Origin: Gammaproteobacteria bacterium | GTDB lineage: Bacteria > Pseudomonadota > Gammaproteobacteria > UBA4575 | Length of the DNA: 64,000 nucleotides | Assembly: GCA_965243395.1 (NCBI GenBank) | Contig: CBDEUS010000002.1 | Location: 1,088,001-1,152,000 of the forward strand | Direction: 5' to 3' | Shown here: piece after piece, positions 1-11,471 of the stretch | Layout: every line of letters begins with the position of its first letter | How positions within the stretch are numbered: position 1 is the stretch's first letter | Position numbers and translations under genes: made by a program | Notes under the pieces: generated by a model | Databases searched by the model: none | The model's input: only the letters and a program-made list of their open reading frames with translations | Told to the model about the DNA's origin: nothing

Positions 1-63
1 CATAGCATTGAGCTGTAAATAGCGTATACACTCCTTATTTAATAATTTTGAACTCCATAACTT

Positions 64-813
64 GTGAGCACATCGTATAAAATTAATATCGTTTTGGTGG
101 AGCCATCGCATCCAGGCAATATCGGTGCTGCTGCACGTGCAGCAAAAACTATGTGCATTGAAAATTTGGTGTTGGTGAATCCAGCGGAATTTCCAAGTGG
201 GCAAGCAAGGGCTCGTGCCACAGGCGCTTTAGATGTGCTCGAGCGGGCTATTGTTTGTGAGACATTGAACGAAGCAATAGCAAATTGCACATTTGTGGTA
301 GGAGCAAGTGCGAGATCACGCGGTTTACAATGTCCGGATATCACTCCCGATGCCTTGGGCGAAAAAGTCTGGCTAGAAGTCGAACAAGGAAACGTTGCAA
401 TTGTGTTCGGGAGAGAAAGTAGCGGTTTATCTAATGAAGAATTAGATCAATGTCACTATCTAACAACGATTCCAGCAAATTGGGAATTCAGTTCATTGAA
501 TATTGCTTCTGCAGTTCAAGTCATTTGTTATGAGATTCATAAAGCGTATCTAAATAAAATGAGTAATAATTCTGTACTTGAGCCCACATCAGATACGGAT
601 AGATTGGCGACTACTAAAGAAGTGGAAAATTTGCTCGAACATATGCAACAAGTACTGTACGAAATTGAGTTTTTTGATCCCAAGCAACCCAAGTTATTAA
701 TGCGCCGCTTACGTCAACTCTATAGCCGTGCGCGTTTATCTCAGGTCGAGACCAATATCCTCAGAGGTATCCTGAGTGCAACACAAAAGTACCAACGCAA
801 TTCAAACAAATAA
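64..813 (+). CDS. trmJ: tRNA (cytidine/uridine-2'-O)-methyltransferase TrmJ (SPOUT family)
   Basis: IVLVEPSHPGNIGAAARA, FGRESSGLSNEEL and SSLNIA SPOUT motifs; directly upstream of iscR; GTG start. Confidence 0.93.
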   Translation: MSTSYKINIVLVEPSHPGNIGAAARAAKTMCIENLVLVNPAEFPSGQARARATGALDVLERAIVCETLNEAIANCTFVVGASARSRGLQCPDITPDALGEKVWLEVEQGNVAIVFGRESSGLSNEELDQCHYLTTIPANWEFSSLNIASAVQVICYEIHKAYLNKMSNNSVLEPTSDTDRLATTKEVENLLEHMQQVLYEIEFFDPKQPKLLMRRLRQLYSRARLSQVETNILRGILSATQKYQRNSNK

Positions 814-885
814 AACCTTAATTAATAAAGGGTTATTGACTCTCTTTCTTAAGAGATAGTGCCGTTAAAGGACCACCTATCTATA

Positions 886-910
886 ATACCTGAGTAATTT
901 GCTAGGTTAT
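886..910 (+). promoter_or_regulatory. IscR type 1 binding site upstream of iscR, next to an extended -10 (TGGCTATACT, 911-920)
   Basis: ATACCTGAGTAATTTGCTAGGTTAT matches ATASYYGACTRWWWYAGTCRRSTAT at 20/25; position fits autoregulation. Confidence 0.65.
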
Positions 911-963
911 TGGCTATACTCATAACCTAGTATTTAAGCTAACTCTGATTAAGGTGGAATAGC

Positions 964-1422
964 ATGAAACTGAGCACTAAAGGACGATATGCAGTAACTG
1001 CAATGTTTGATATTGCGCTACATCACCAAGCTGGTCCAGTGTCCTTATCAGATATAGCTGATCGACAAGGAATTTCATTGTCGTATTTAGAGCAACTGTT
1101 TACTCGATTACGCAAACAAGGTTTGGTTAAAAGTACTCGTGGTCCGGGTGGTGGTTACTCACTTGCAGTTGATTCTGAGCAAATTGCAATATCGGATGTG
1201 ATTGATGCAGTAAATGAAAATGTTGATGCAACACGATGCGGTGGTAAAGCCGATTGTCAAAATCATCAACGATGCTTAACACATGACTTATGGGAAAACT
1301 TGAGTGATGAGATTAGAAATTATCTTTCCAACATTAGTCTCGCACAGGCCGTGAGTGATTTAAATGTTCGTAAAGTAGCGAATCGGCAAGATCATCAAGT
1401 GTATCCCGTAGAATTCAATTAG
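964..1422 (+). CDS. iscR: Fe-S cluster assembly transcription factor IscR (Rrf2 family)
   Basis: [14 protein letters not shown] start, RGPGGGY, three Cys plus His (C..C..C.TH). Confidence 0.97.
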   Translation: MKLSTKGRYAVTAMFDIALHHQAGPVSLSDIADRQGISLSYLEQLFTRLRKQGLVKSTRGPGGGYSLAVDSEQIAISDVIDAVNENVDATRCGGKADCQNHQRCLTHDLWENLSDEIRNYLSNISLAQAVSDLNVRKVANRQDHQVYPVEFN

Positions 1423-1462
1423 GTCGAGTTTAGTAAAGAGAATTATTAAAGGTAAAGTAAAA

Positions 1463-2686
1463 GTGAAAGAATTAAAAGTACCCATCTATTTAGATTACAG
1501 TGCTACCACACCAGTCGATGAGCGTGTGGCGCAAGCCATGATGGAGTGTTTAACTAAAGAAGGTAATTACGGTAACCCAGCATCGCGCAGTCATAGCTTT
1601 GGCTGGAATGCAGATAAAGCGGTAGAAGATGCACGCGCGAATGTTGCTGCATTGATCAACGCTAATCCTAAAGAAATTATTTGGACCAGCGGTGCTACTG
1701 AATCAAATAATTTAGCTATCAAAGGTGCTGCTCACTTTTATCAAAAAAATGGTAAACACCTTATAACCTGTAAAACGGAACATAAGGCAGTTTTAGATAC
1801 TTGTCGTCAACTTGAGCGCGAAGGATTTGAAGTTACTTATTTAGAGCCGCGTGATAATGGTTTAGTTGATTTAGAGGATTTAAAAGCTGCGATTCGTGAG
1901 GACACTGTCTTGATTTCAATTATGCATGTTAATAATGAAATCGGAGTGATCCAGGACATTAAAGGAATTGGTGAAATTACACGTGAACGTAAAATCATTT
2001 TTCATGTGGATGCTGCACAAAGCCCAGGTAAAGTACCCGTTGATGTAGAAGATATGAATGTAGACTTAATGAGTTTATCTGCGCATAAAGTATATGGCCC
2101 TAAAGGTATTGGCGCTTTATATGTGCGTAGAAAACCACGCGTACGTATTGAGGCACAAATACATGGTGGCGGCCATGAACGTGGAATGCGTTCTGGTACA
2201 TTACCGACACATCAAATTGTAGGTATGGGAGAAGCATTTCGTATCGCTAAAGAAGAAATGGCTGCTGACAACGAACGTATTTTGATGTTGCGCAACAGGT
2301 TGCTAAATGGTCTTAAAGACATTGAGGAAATTTATATCAATGGCGATTTAGAGCAACGTATACCGGGTAATTTAAATGTAAGTTTTAACTATGTTGAAGG
2401 TGAAAGCTTAATCATGGCACTAAAAGATATTGCGGTGTCATCAGGTTCAGCATGCACTAGTGCGTCACTTGAGCCTAGTTATGTGTTACGTGCTTTAGGT
2501 AGAGATGATGAGCTCGCACATAGTTCGATACGTTTTACAATCGGCCGCTTTACCACAGTTGAAGAAGTAGACTATGCAATTGAGTTGATTAGAAGCGCGG
2601 TTGTTAAATTGCGCGACCTTTCACCTTTGTGGGATATGTATAAAGAAGGCATCGATCTTAAATCGATCGAATGGGCCGCACATTAA
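1463..2686 (+). CDS. iscS: Cysteine desulfurase IscS
   Basis: [29 protein letters not shown]-terminal IEWAAH. Confidence 0.98.
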   Translation: MKELKVPIYLDYSATTPVDERVAQAMMECLTKEGNYGNPASRSHSFGWNADKAVEDARANVAALINANPKEIIWTSGATESNNLAIKGAAHFYQKNGKHLITCKTEHKAVLDTCRQLEREGFEVTYLEPRDNGLVDLEDLKAAIREDTVLISIMHVNNEIGVIQDIKGIGEITRERKIIFHVDAAQSPGKVPVDVEDMNVDLMSLSAHKVYGPKGIGALYVRRKPRVRIEAQIHGGGHERGMRSGTLPTHQIVGMGEAFRIAKEEMAADNERILMLRNRLLNGLKDIEEIYINGDLEQRIPGNLNVSFNYVEGESLIMALKDIAVSSGSACTSASLEPSYVLRALGRDDELAHSSIRFTIGRFTTVEEVDYAIELIRSAVVKLRDLSPLWDMYKEGIDLKSIEWAAH

Positions 2687-2719
2687 GAAATTATTATTTG
2701 GAAATAGGAGACGATAACC

Positions 2720-3124
2720 ATGGCATACAGTGACAAAGTATTAGATCACTACGAAAATCCACGCAACGTAGGGTCATTTGAGAAAGATGATCCAAGTGTT
2801 GGTACCGGTATGGTAGGTGCCCCTGCTTGTGGTGATGTAATGAAATTACAAATCAAAGTCGATAATGATGGTGTTATTGAAGACGCTAAATTTAAAACCT
2901 ATGGTTGTGGTTCGGCGATTGCTTCATCTAGCCTGCTTACCGAATGGGTAAAAGGCAAAACCCTAGAACAAGCGAGTGAAATTAAAAATACAGATATCGC
3001 AGAAGAGCTTGCGTTACCCCCTGTTAAAATTCACTGTTCAGTTTTAGCTGAAGACGCCATTAAAGCTGCAATTACAGACCTGAAATCAAAAGCAGAAGGC
3101 GAAGATCAAAAGAAAATTGCGTAA
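2720..3124 (+). CDS. iscU: Fe-S scaffold protein IscU
   Basis: [33 protein letters not shown]. Confidence 0.98.
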   Translation: MAYSDKVLDHYENPRNVGSFEKDDPSVGTGMVGAPACGDVMKLQIKVDNDGVIEDAKFKTYGCGSAIASSSLLTEWVKGKTLEQASEIKNTDIAEELALPPVKIHCSVLAEDAIKAAITDLKSKAEGEDQKKIA

Positions 3125-3135
3125 GAATTAAAGAC

Positions 3136-3459
3136 ATGTCTATTTCCCTAACAGATAATGCTGCAACGCATGTTAAAAGTTATCTTGAAAAAAGAGGTAA
3201 AGGTGTGGGTGTGCGTTTGGGTGTTAAAACTACTGGTTGTTCGGGTATGGCATATACAATCGAGTTTGCTGACCAAGTTGAGAATGAAGACCAGGTTTTT
3301 GAAGATAAGGGTGTAAAGGTTATCGTCGACCCTAAAAGCATGGTCTATCTAAGTGGCACTGAATTAGATTTTACGCGTGAAGGGTTAAATGAAGGTTTTA
3401 AATTTAGTAACCCAAATGAGAAGGATAGGTGTGGGTGTGGAGAAAGCTTCTCTGTCTAA
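3136..3459 (+). CDS. iscA: Fe-S carrier protein IscA
   Basis: GCSG and CGCGESF motifs; position in isc operon. Confidence 0.96.
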   Translation: MSISLTDNAATHVKSYLEKRGKGVGVRLGVKTTGCSGMAYTIEFADQVENEDQVFEDKGVKVIVDPKSMVYLSGTELDFTREGLNEGFKFSNPNEKDRCGCGESFSV

Positions 3460-3585
3460 AAATATGTCTTTTTACACGATATTTCGTTACTACTTTTCTC
3501 TGCGTTGCTCATTTACGAGTTTGTAAACTCCGCTACTCGAGAAAAGCGCGCCTCATCTCGAGAAAAAATCCATTATTTTTAGATA
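3453..3585. repeat. ~130-bp palindromic intergenic element (MITE/RPE-like)
   Basis: Terminal inverted repeat TCTAAAAATA (3455-3464)/TATTTTTAGA (3574-3583); nested arms TTTTCTC/GAGAAAA and TTTAC/GTAAA; higher GC than flanks; single copy in window. Confidence 0.55.
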
Positions 3586-3607
3586 TCTCTTTTAAGTTAA
3601 TAAGATA

Positions 3608-4150
3608 ATGAATATTGATTTAACTCGAAATTATTTCGAGCTGTTTGGCTTTGCGGAGAGTTATGCAATTGACCAAGAACAGTTAGCTGAGAAATATCGC
3701 ATTTATCAAGCTGAGTTACATCCCGATCGTTTTGCAAATGCGAGTGAGCAAGAAAGACGAATATCGGTGCAAACCACCGCATTCGTAAATGAAGCATATG
3801 CAACACTTAAGAGTGACTTAAAACGCGCACATTATTTATTACGTCTAAGTAACATCGATTTTAATGCCGATACTGAAACATCGAGTGATGCGGAATTTTT
3901 AATGCAGACTATGGAATTACATGAGCAAGTAGAGAAGGCAAGTCAAGCAGAGCAGCCATTGCAGTCCCTGCAAGATTTGTCATTACAACTAAAACAAAAT
4001 CAACAAGATCTAATTAATCAATTTGAGACGCAATTTAATGCAGACGATCTAATTAATGCAAAAGATACAGCTCTTAAATTGCAATTTTATGAGCGTTTAA
4101 CCAATCAAGTACGTAAGCAGCAAGAGAAACTAGAAGACGAATTATTATAA
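3608..4150 (+). CDS. hscB: Fe-S co-chaperone HscB
   Basis: NYFELF start, J-domain HPD motif, [10 protein letters not shown]. Confidence 0.95.
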   Translation: MNIDLTRNYFELFGFAESYAIDQEQLAEKYRIYQAELHPDRFANASEQERRISVQTTAFVNEAYATLKSDLKRAHYLLRLSNIDFNADTETSSDAEFLMQTMELHEQVEKASQAEQPLQSLQDLSLQLKQNQQDLINQFETQFNADDLINAKDTALKLQFYERLTNQVRKQQEKLEDELL

Positions 4151-4160
4151 GAATGTACTA

Positions 4161-6032
4161 ATGGCTTTATTGCAAATTTCAGAACCCGGCCAGTCAACCC
4201 CTCCACATGAACATAAGCTTGCGGCTGGTATAGATTTGGGTACAACCAATTCCTTGGTGGCTACCGTACGCAGTGGTGTTGCCGATACATTGGCGGATAA
4301 AAATGGGGAGCATATTTTACCTTCCGTAGTACATTTTGCCGAAAAAGATGAAATTTTGGTTGGTACTCAAGCTTTAGCTTATGCAACGACAGACCCACTG
4401 AATACATTAGCTTCAGTTAAACGCATTATGGGTCGATCAGTAAATGATTTAGCGACCCTTGAAGGCTATTTGCCTTATAAATTCATCGATAATGAAAGTC
4501 ATGTTCCTCGTATTGAAACGGCTGCAGGAGCCTTAACAGCGGTTGAGGTTTCTGCCGAAATTCTCAAATCTTTGCGAGAACGTGCCGAAGCGAGCCTGGG
4601 CGGTGAGCTAATAGGCGTGGTTATTACCGTACCTGCCTACTTTGACGATGCCCAGCGCCAAGCCACTAAAGATGCAGCTACTTTAGCTGGTATAAATGTC
4701 TTTCGTTTGCTAAATGAGCCGACAGCCGCAGCAGTAGCGTATGGATTAGATCAACAAGCGGAAGGAATCACTGCAATTTATGATTTAGGCGGCGGTACAT
4801 TTGATATTTCTATATTAAGACTGACTAAAGGTGTATTCGAAGTATTGTCTACGGGTGGTGATACTGCCTTGGGCGGAGATGATTTTGATCGAGAAATTGC
4901 CAGTTGGATACTCAATCAAGCAAGGCTTAAAGCTACAAATGATCACCAAATGATGCGACGTATTATGAAAGAAGCACGTCGTGCTAAAGAAGCGTTAACT
5001 GCTGCTGAATCTGTTGAGATTAATGTGAAGCTGGATGGCGACAGGCATTTTGAAACTACACTCGACCGTCATCAGTTTGAGCAATTAATAGAAGCGCATA
5101 TAAATAAGACGATTACGTGGTGTCGTAAAACAATTCGTGATGCAGGAGTTGAAGTAAGCGAAGTACAAAATATTGTCATGGTAGGTGGATCAACACGCAC
5201 ACCTTATGTACGTGAAAAAGTTGCAGAATTTTTTGGCAAACAACCACTAACGAATATTGATCCAGATAAAGTAGTAGCAATAGGTGCAGCACTGCAAGCG
5301 GATAAGTTGGCAGGTAATAATCCTGAAGAAGAAATGTTGTTACTGGATGTTTTGCCATTGTCTTTAGGTATTGAAACCATGGGTGAGTTGGTTGAGAAAA
5401 TCGTTGACCGTAATACTGTAATTCCCGTGACGAGAGCGCAAAAATTCACAACTTTTAAAGACGGGCAAACTGCAATGCGCATACATGTATTGCAAGGTGA
5501 GCGCGAAAAAGTAGCGGATTGTCGATCCTTAGCAACATTTGATTTAACAGGTATACCGGCTATGGTTGCAGGTGCGGCACACATCTTGGTGACATTTCAG
5601 GTTGATGCGGATGGATTATTAAGTGTCAGTGCCGAAGAGCAAAATAGTGGTGTTCGTGCCAGTGTAGAAGTAAAACCATCCTATGGTCTTAGTGATAGCG
5701 AAATTGAAACAATGCTGAAAGCTTCTTTTGAGTATGCAGAAGAAGATGTGCAGACAAGGGCGCTTATAGAGCAGCAAGTGGAAGCAGATCGAGTGCTTGA
5801 AGCGTTGCGTTCTGCATTAGCAAAAGATGGATCTCTATTAACAAAAAAGGAGGCCGCTAAAATAGAACAAGCAAAAAGTATTTTATTAAGTGCCCGCCAA
5901 GGTGGAGATGGAGAAATAATTAAGCAAGCAATTAAGAATCTGGAAAATGAAAGCGAAGAATTTATTGCTCGACGTATGAACCGTAGCGTGCAACAAGTAA
6001 TGAAAGGTCACAAAGTAGAAGAGTTTGAGTAA
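4161..6032 (+). CDS. hscA: Fe-S chaperone HscA (Hsp70 family)
   Basis: [27 protein letters not shown]; isc context. Confidence 0.97.
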   Translation: MALLQISEPGQSTPPHEHKLAAGIDLGTTNSLVATVRSGVADTLADKNGEHILPSVVHFAEKDEILVGTQALAYATTDPLNTLASVKRIMGRSVNDLATLEGYLPYKFIDNESHVPRIETAAGALTAVEVSAEILKSLRERAEASLGGELIGVVITVPAYFDDAQRQATKDAATLAGINVFRLLNEPTAAAVAYGLDQQAEGITAIYDLGGGTFDISILRLTKGVFEVLSTGGDTALGGDDFDREIASWILNQARLKATNDHQMMRRIMKEARRAKEALTAAESVEINVKLDGDRHFETTLDRHQFEQLIEAHINKTITWCRKTIRDAGVEVSEVQNIVMVGGSTRTPYVREKVAEFFGKQPLTNIDPDKVVAIGAALQADKLAGNNPEEEMLLLDVLPLSLGIETMGELVEKIVDRNTVIPVTRAQKFTTFKDGQTAMRIHVLQGEREKVADCRSLATFDLTGIPAMVAGAAHILVTFQVDADGLLSVSAEEQNSGVRASVEVKPSYGLSDSEIETMLKASFEYAEEDVQTRALIEQQVEADRVLEALRSALAKDGSLLTKKEAAKIEQAKSILLSARQGGDGEIIKQAIKNLENESEEFIARRMNRSVQQVMKGHKVEEFE

Positions 6033-6098
6033 CAAGTTTTTAATTAAAGCGTCTAACATTAGGATCAAACGTTAGGCCCATACATTAGGAAATAAACC

Positions 6099-6437
6099 GT
6101 GCCAAAAATTACATTTAAACCTCATGAAGAAATTTGCCCAGAAGGTAAAGTGATTGAGGTTGAACCTGGAGTTAGCATATGCGATGCAGCTTTGAGTAAT
6201 GATATCGAAATCGAACATGCTTGCGAGAAATCTTGTGCTTGTACGACATGCCATGTGTATGTTCGTGAAGGGCTGGATTCTTTGCCAGAAGCAGAAGAAA
6301 ATGAGGAAGATTATCTGGACAAAGCTTGGGGATTAGAGCCTGATTCACGCTTGAGCTGCCAAGCTATTGTGGGTTCAGAAGATCTGGTGATCGAGATTCC
6401 GAAATATACTATTAATATGGTTTCCGAAAATCACTAA
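6099..6437 (+). CDS. fdx: ISC system [2Fe-2S] ferredoxin
   Basis: EHACEKSCACTTCH and SRLSCQ; GTG start. Confidence 0.97.
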   Translation: MPKITFKPHEEICPEGKVIEVEPGVSICDAALSNDIEIEHACEKSCACTTCHVYVREGLDSLPEAEENEEDYLDKAWGLEPDSRLSCQAIVGSEDLVIEIPKYTINMVSENH

Positions 6438-6466
6438 TAACATCATTCAAAATTTGAGGTATATAA

Positions 6467-6667
6467 ATGCAACTAAAATGGACTGATTCATTAGAAATTG
6501 CCATTGCTTTGGATGAAGCGCATCCTGAGGTAGACCCACAATATGTGAGATTCACTGATTTACATGCTTGGATATGTGCTTTGGAGGAGTTCGAGGATGA
6601 CCCCGAATCATCCAATGAAAAAATCCTCGAAGCGATACAAATGGCCTGGCTTGATGAGCGTGATTAG
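6467..6667 (+). CDS. iscX: Fe-S assembly protein IscX
   Basis: [24 protein letters not shown]. Confidence 0.96.
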   Translation: MQLKWTDSLEIAIALDEAHPEVDPQYVRFTDLHAWICALEEFEDDPESSNEKILEAIQMAWLDERD

Positions 6668-6857
6668 AGGGCTAGATATTATCCTCAGATAGTCGGCATT
6701 TTTGTCGTTCTTTGCGATCCCGCAAAACATTGCTTCCTGCTGCTCGCTGGGAGTAGAATTCACTGAAAAATCAAGGAAAGTTACGGATAATCAATCTGTA
6801 ATAATTACTAATTAGATTTCATATTAAATATAATATTAACTTAGGAACACAAATTTT

Positions 6858-7316
6858 ATGGCAATGGAACGCACTTTATCCATCATCAAACCTGATGCGG
6901 TATTGAAAAATGTAGTAGGAGATATTCAATCGAGAATAGAAAGTGCAGGGCTTTCTATTATTGCGGTAAAAATGACTCGCTTGAGTAAAAAACAAGCTAG
7001 CTCATTTTACGAAATACATAAGGGAAAAGAATTTTACGAATATCTAATTAAGTTTATGACTTGTGGCCCAGTAATTGTACAAGTGCTTGAAGGTGAAAAT
7101 GCTATTAAGAATTATCGCAAAGTAATGGGTACAACCATGTTTGGAACTGCAGAAAAGGGAACCATTAGAGAAAAGTACGCAACTTCAAATGCACATAACG
7201 CAGTGCATGGGTCAGATTCTCCTGAAAACGCAATGCGTGAAATCGGATTCTTTTTTCCTGAAAGACAAATTTATCCAAAAGAAAATTATAAATTAACTGT
7301 AGATCCGAAAGCATGA
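6858..7316 (+). CDS. ndk: Nucleoside diphosphate kinase
   Basis: [12 protein letters not shown] and NAVHGSDS catalytic His motif. Confidence 0.95.
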   Translation: MAMERTLSIIKPDAVLKNVVGDIQSRIESAGLSIIAVKMTRLSKKQASSFYEIHKGKEFYEYLIKFMTCGPVIVQVLEGENAIKNYRKVMGTTMFGTAEKGTIREKYATSNAHNAVHGSDSPENAMREIGFFFPERQIYPKENYKLTVDPKA

Positions 7317-8464
7317 GTAATATTCAGCAGAAATTAATAAACAAAAACTTGATGGGTATGCCACATCAAGATCTTGAAGAATTTTTTTCTGTTATTGATG
7401 AAAAATCATTTCGTGCCACGCAACTAATGAAGTGGACACATCAGCAGGGTATTACGGATTACAAACAAATGACTAATCTCAGTAAATCATTAAGAGATTG
7501 GTTGGGTGAAAATGCCATTATGCAAATGCCTGAAATGGTCAATGAAGAAATTTCTATTGATGGCACGCGCAAATGGTTACTACGAGTAGATGATAAAAAT
7601 GCTGTAGAAACTGTATATATACCTGAAGATGATCGAGCTACTTTATGCGTTTCTTCACAGGCTGGATGCGTATTGGACTGTACGTTTTGTGCGACGGCCA
7701 GACAGGGGTATGCTGGGAATCTCACTTCAGCACAGATTATTTCCCAACTGTGGTTCGCAGAACATCACTTACGCAAACAGCTAAATAAGCCACGTGTCAT
7801 TAGTAATGTTGTGTTTATGGGGATGGGTGAGCCGCTTGCTAATTTTGATAATGTTATCAAAGCCATTCGCATTATGATGGACGATAATGCATACGGTTTA
7901 GGAAAACGAAAAGTAACCGTTAGTACATCAGGTATAGTTCCTAAGATAGATAAATTACGTGAAGTGATAGATGTAAGCCTAGCGGTATCATTGCATGCAC
8001 CGAATGATGAAATCCGCAATCAGCTTGTTCCATTGAACCGGCATTATCCCATTAACGAGTTGATTGCCGCATGTCATCGTTTTCTGGCTGATAAAAATCG
8101 CAAGCATAGTATAACTTTCGAGTATGTCATGCTTGATCAAGTGAATGATCAGCCTGAGCACGCCAAACAATTAGTAAAGGTGATCCAAGGTTTGTCATCT
8201 AAAGTCAATTTAATTCCGTTTAATACCTTTCCAAATTCAGGTTACAAGTGCTCGGCGGATGAGATGATTGAAAATTTCAGAGAAATATTACAAGCATCGG
8301 GTATTACAACAATTACACGACGACCACGTGGTACAGATATAGCAGCAGCGTGTGGGCAATTGGCGGGAAGTATTAAAGATCAGGTCAAACGCAAGCGTCA
8401 TTATGAAAAGCTCTACGAAGCGGATTTATTGAAGCAAAAAGTTGAGGTTCAATGCGTGTCATGA
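7313..8464 (+). CDS. rlmN: 23S rRNA/tRNA m2A radical SAM methyltransferase RlmN
   Basis: [20 protein letters not shown]. Confidence 0.96.
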   Translation: MSNIQQKLINKNLMGMPHQDLEEFFSVIDEKSFRATQLMKWTHQQGITDYKQMTNLSKSLRDWLGENAIMQMPEMVNEEISIDGTRKWLLRVDDKNAVETVYIPEDDRATLCVSSQAGCVLDCTFCATARQGYAGNLTSAQIISQLWFAEHHLRKQLNKPRVISNVVFMGMGEPLANFDNVIKAIRIMMDDNAYGLGKRKVTVSTSGIVPKIDKLREVIDVSLAVSLHAPNDEIRNQLVPLNRHYPINELIAACHRFLADKNRKHSITFEYVMLDQVNDQPEHAKQLVKVIQGLSSKVNLIPFNTFPNSGYKCSADEMIENFREILQASGITTITRRPRGTDIAAACGQLAGSIKDQVKRKRHYEKLYEADLLKQKVEVQCVS

Positions 8465-9237
8465 TGCAAAAGTTATTTTTAATCATCTTTTATTCTTGCA
8501 TCTTGTCTGCTTGTGCGTCTACTTCACAAAATGATGGACCTTTAGGGCAAAATCAGAAAGCAGCAGCAATCAACGTTCAATTAGGTGTGAACTATATACG
8601 CCAAGGAGAATTAAAACTTGCCGATGAAAAATTGCGTCGCGCTATTCGACAAGATCCTAATTCATCAACTGCACATTGGGTATTTGCACTATTACAGGAA
8701 AGGCTAGGTGAAGATGATGTTGCAGAAAAGCATTTTCGCAAAGCTATTTCCATCAACCCCAAAGATTCAAAAGCGCATAACAATTACGGCACTTTTTTGT
8801 GTAACCAAAATCGTGTACGCGAAGCAGAAAAAGAATTTTTACACGCTGTAGAAAATCCTTTATATGCTGAAGCTTCTTCAGCATATGCGAATGCTGGCTT
8901 ATGTGTACTTAAACTTCCTGACAAGATCAAAGCTGAAGAATACTTTCAAAAGGCATTAGAGCTAAATGCTTCACAACGAACAGCTTTATATCAAATGGCA
9001 TTACTAACATTTGAGCGCGAGGAATATACACAAACTTCTTATTATCTTCAGCGTTATGAAGATGTTGCTAAACATAATTCTAAATCGCTATGGGTAGCTT
9101 TCCAAACTGAAACGAGTTTGGGTAATCCAGGTAAAGCTGAAGATTATGCACACCAGCTAAAAAGGTCATTCCCCGCTTCGCAAGAGGCGAGACTGTTAGC
9201 TGAAACTTATTGGAATGCACAAACGAAGAATCAATAA
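8452..9237 (+). CDS. pilW: Type IV pilus biogenesis/stability TPR lipoprotein PilW (PilF)
   Basis: Lipobox LSAC, TPR repeats, NNYGTFLC; rlmN-rodZ synteny. Confidence 0.88.
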   Translation: MRVMMQKLFLIIFYSCILSACASTSQNDGPLGQNQKAAAINVQLGVNYIRQGELKLADEKLRRAIRQDPNSSTAHWVFALLQERLGEDDVAEKHFRKAISINPKDSKAHNNYGTFLCNQNRVREAEKEFLHAVENPLYAEASSAYANAGLCVLKLPDKIKAEEYFQKALELNASQRTALYQMALLTFEREEYTQTSYYLQRYEDVAKHNSKSLWVAFQTETSLGNPGKAEDYAHQLKRSFPASQEARLLAETYWNAQTKNQ

Positions 9238-9238
9238 T

Positions 9239-10153
9239 ATGACACAAGATTCAGTGCAAAAAACAAATGATAAAAGTGTAGTTATTGGCGCTTTATTAGT
9301 GAGTGCGCGCAATGAAGTTGCATTGAGTCAAATCGATGTTGCAGAACAAATAAATTTACCTTTGCGTACTATTCAGGCACTGGAAACTGATGATTTTGAT
9401 AATCTTCCTGAGAATACTTATATATGTGGTTACTTGCGAAACTATGCACGAGTTGTGGGAATAAATCCTGATTTACTAGTCAATACATTTAAAGAGCAAA
9501 ATTATCAAGAACCTGAAATTATTACTCCTACTCGTTCCAAACAAAGTTATGATCCAGCCATACTTTGGAGTACTGCGGCAGTATTTACAATTCTTGTTGG
9601 TTTGGTGATTACTTGGTGGTTTGAATCAGCCCAAAACAATGCTCCTGAAGTCGAACTGGCAAGTGTTGAAGAATCAGTAGTAAATGAATCATCTGAAAAC
9701 ATTCAAAATGAAAAGGCTTCTGTAGCAGAGACTAATGTTGACATGCATGAGCCTAATGCTGTAGCTGAGTCTCCGTCTCCAGGACTTGAAGACCAAGATC
9801 AAATAGCGAGTAATCCCGCTGACATAATCACTACAGACCAGCAACAGGCTATGGAAGATGAGTTACGTAATCCTAATTTAGTCTCTCTCAATGATGGAGC
9901 TCAAATGCTTACAGTCACTTATGTGGAGAAAAGTTGGACTGAAATTAGGGATGCGGATGCAAATACTTTAATGCAAGGTTTGATTGAGCCCGGAGTCGTG
10001 AGAAACTTAAGCGGTAAGCCGCCATTTGAAGTTTTTCTTGGTAACTCCCCAGGTGTGGTAATTGAAGTTAACGGGCATTATTTTGATCATTCACAATATA
10101 ATAGAAGCAATCGCACTGCACGATTCCAGGTTTCGGGTAGCTCACTCAACTAA
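9239..10153 (+). CDS. rodZ: Cytoskeleton protein RodZ
   Basis: N-terminal HTH with GYLRNYAR, one TM helix, C-terminal SWTEIRD/GN domain; start placed at ATG 9239 after the pilW stop (track start 9215). Confidence 0.88.
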   Translation: MTQDSVQKTNDKSVVIGALLVSARNEVALSQIDVAEQINLPLRTIQALETDDFDNLPENTYICGYLRNYARVVGINPDLLVNTFKEQNYQEPEIITPTRSKQSYDPAILWSTAAVFTILVGLVITWWFESAQNNAPEVELASVEESVVNESSENIQNEKASVAETNVDMHEPNAVAESPSPGLEDQDQIASNPADIITTDQQQAMEDELRNPNLVSLNDGAQMLTVTYVEKSWTEIRDADANTLMQGLIEPGVVRNLSGKPPFEVFLGNSPGVVIEVNGHYFDHSQYNRSNRTARFQVSGSSLN

Positions 10154-10177
10154 ATTTCCAACTCAGAGCATTCTTTA

Positions 10178-11461
10178 ATGTCTAAACGAATACAATCTAT
10201 TCGTGGCATGCACGATGTTTTGCCGCCAGACAGCACCTTATTACGTGCAATTGAAAATGCTACTCAGGGCATATTACGACAGTATGGTTATCATGAAATT
10301 CGTATGCCCTTGCTTGAACAAACTGAATTATTCAAACGTTCTTTAGGTGAAGTCACAGATATTGTAGAAAAAGAAATGTACACCTTTGATGATCGTAACG
10401 GTGACAGTTTAACGTTACGGCCTGAAGGAACTGCAAGCTGTGTGCGCGCAGGAATTCAACATGGTTTCCTGTATGGCCAGCCACAAAGACTCTGGTATTG
10501 CGGACCTTTTTTTCGACATGAGCGTCCCCAAAAAGGACGTTATCGTCAGTTTCATCAGCTTGGTGTAGAAACCTTTGGCTATGTAGGTCCGGATATAGAT
10601 GCCGAATTAATAATATTAAGTGCTCAAATGTGGAAGAAAATTAATCTACCTTTGCAACCTAAATTACAAATAAATAGTTTAGGGTCGTCGCAAGCACGAA
10701 AAAATTATCGCGAAAAATTGATTAATTACTTACAGCAATATAAAGATAAACTAGATAAGGAAGCTCAACACCGTTTACAAACGAATCCTATGCGTATTTT
10801 GGATAGCAAAAATCCTGATATGCAAGAAATCATTCAAAATGCGCCTAGTTTGTTAGAGCATTTAGATGCTGAATCTGCAGACCATTTTTTACAACTTCAA
10901 AAAATATTAGATGAAGCTGAAATTGAATATGAAATTAATCCGCGCTTAGTACGAGGTTTAGATTATTACAGTAAAACAGTTTTCGAATGGATTGCAGATG
11001 GTTTGGGTGCGCAAGCTACCATATGTGCAGGTGGTAGATATGATGGTTTAGTTGAACAGCTTGGTGGAAAATCATGCCCGGCTGCAGGTTTTGCCATGGG
11101 TCTTGAGAGATTAGCTTCTTTGTTAGAAGGGACTGCTGCTCAAGCCCAGCTGGCCGACGCTTCAACTGATGTTTACATGGTACTCATGGGCGAAGAAGCA
11201 GAAATGACGGGATTGAAATTAGCTGAACAACTGCGTATTCAAGTCCCCACCTCTTCTGTGGTAACAAATTGTGGTGGAGGTAGTATAAAATCCCAGATGA
11301 AGCGAGCCGATAAATCACAAGCGAAGCTGGCTTTTATTTTGGGTGAAGATGAATTAAAAAATGACCTAATCACAGTCAAGTATCTACGTGAAAAACGTGA
11401 TCAAGACTCAATTGCACAAACCGAAGCAGTATCTTTTTTAGAAAATTATCTTAATAAATAG
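10178..11461 (+). CDS. hisS: Histidine--tRNA ligase
   Basis: LRPEGTA, FRHERPQKGRYRQF, RGLDYY, GGRYD. Confidence 0.98.
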   Translation: MSKRIQSIRGMHDVLPPDSTLLRAIENATQGILRQYGYHEIRMPLLEQTELFKRSLGEVTDIVEKEMYTFDDRNGDSLTLRPEGTASCVRAGIQHGFLYGQPQRLWYCGPFFRHERPQKGRYRQFHQLGVETFGYVGPDIDAELIILSAQMWKKINLPLQPKLQINSLGSSQARKNYREKLINYLQQYKDKLDKEAQHRLQTNPMRILDSKNPDMQEIIQNAPSLLEHLDAESADHFLQLQKILDEAEIEYEINPRLVRGLDYYSKTVFEWIADGLGAQATICAGGRYDGLVEQLGGKSCPAAGFAMGLERLASLLEGTAAQAQLADASTDVYMVLMGEEAEMTGLKLAEQLRIQVPTSSVVTNCGGGSIKSQMKRADKSQAKLAFILGEDELKNDLITVKYLREKRDQDSIAQTEAVSFLENYLNK

Positions 11462-11471
11462 GCGAGGGAGT

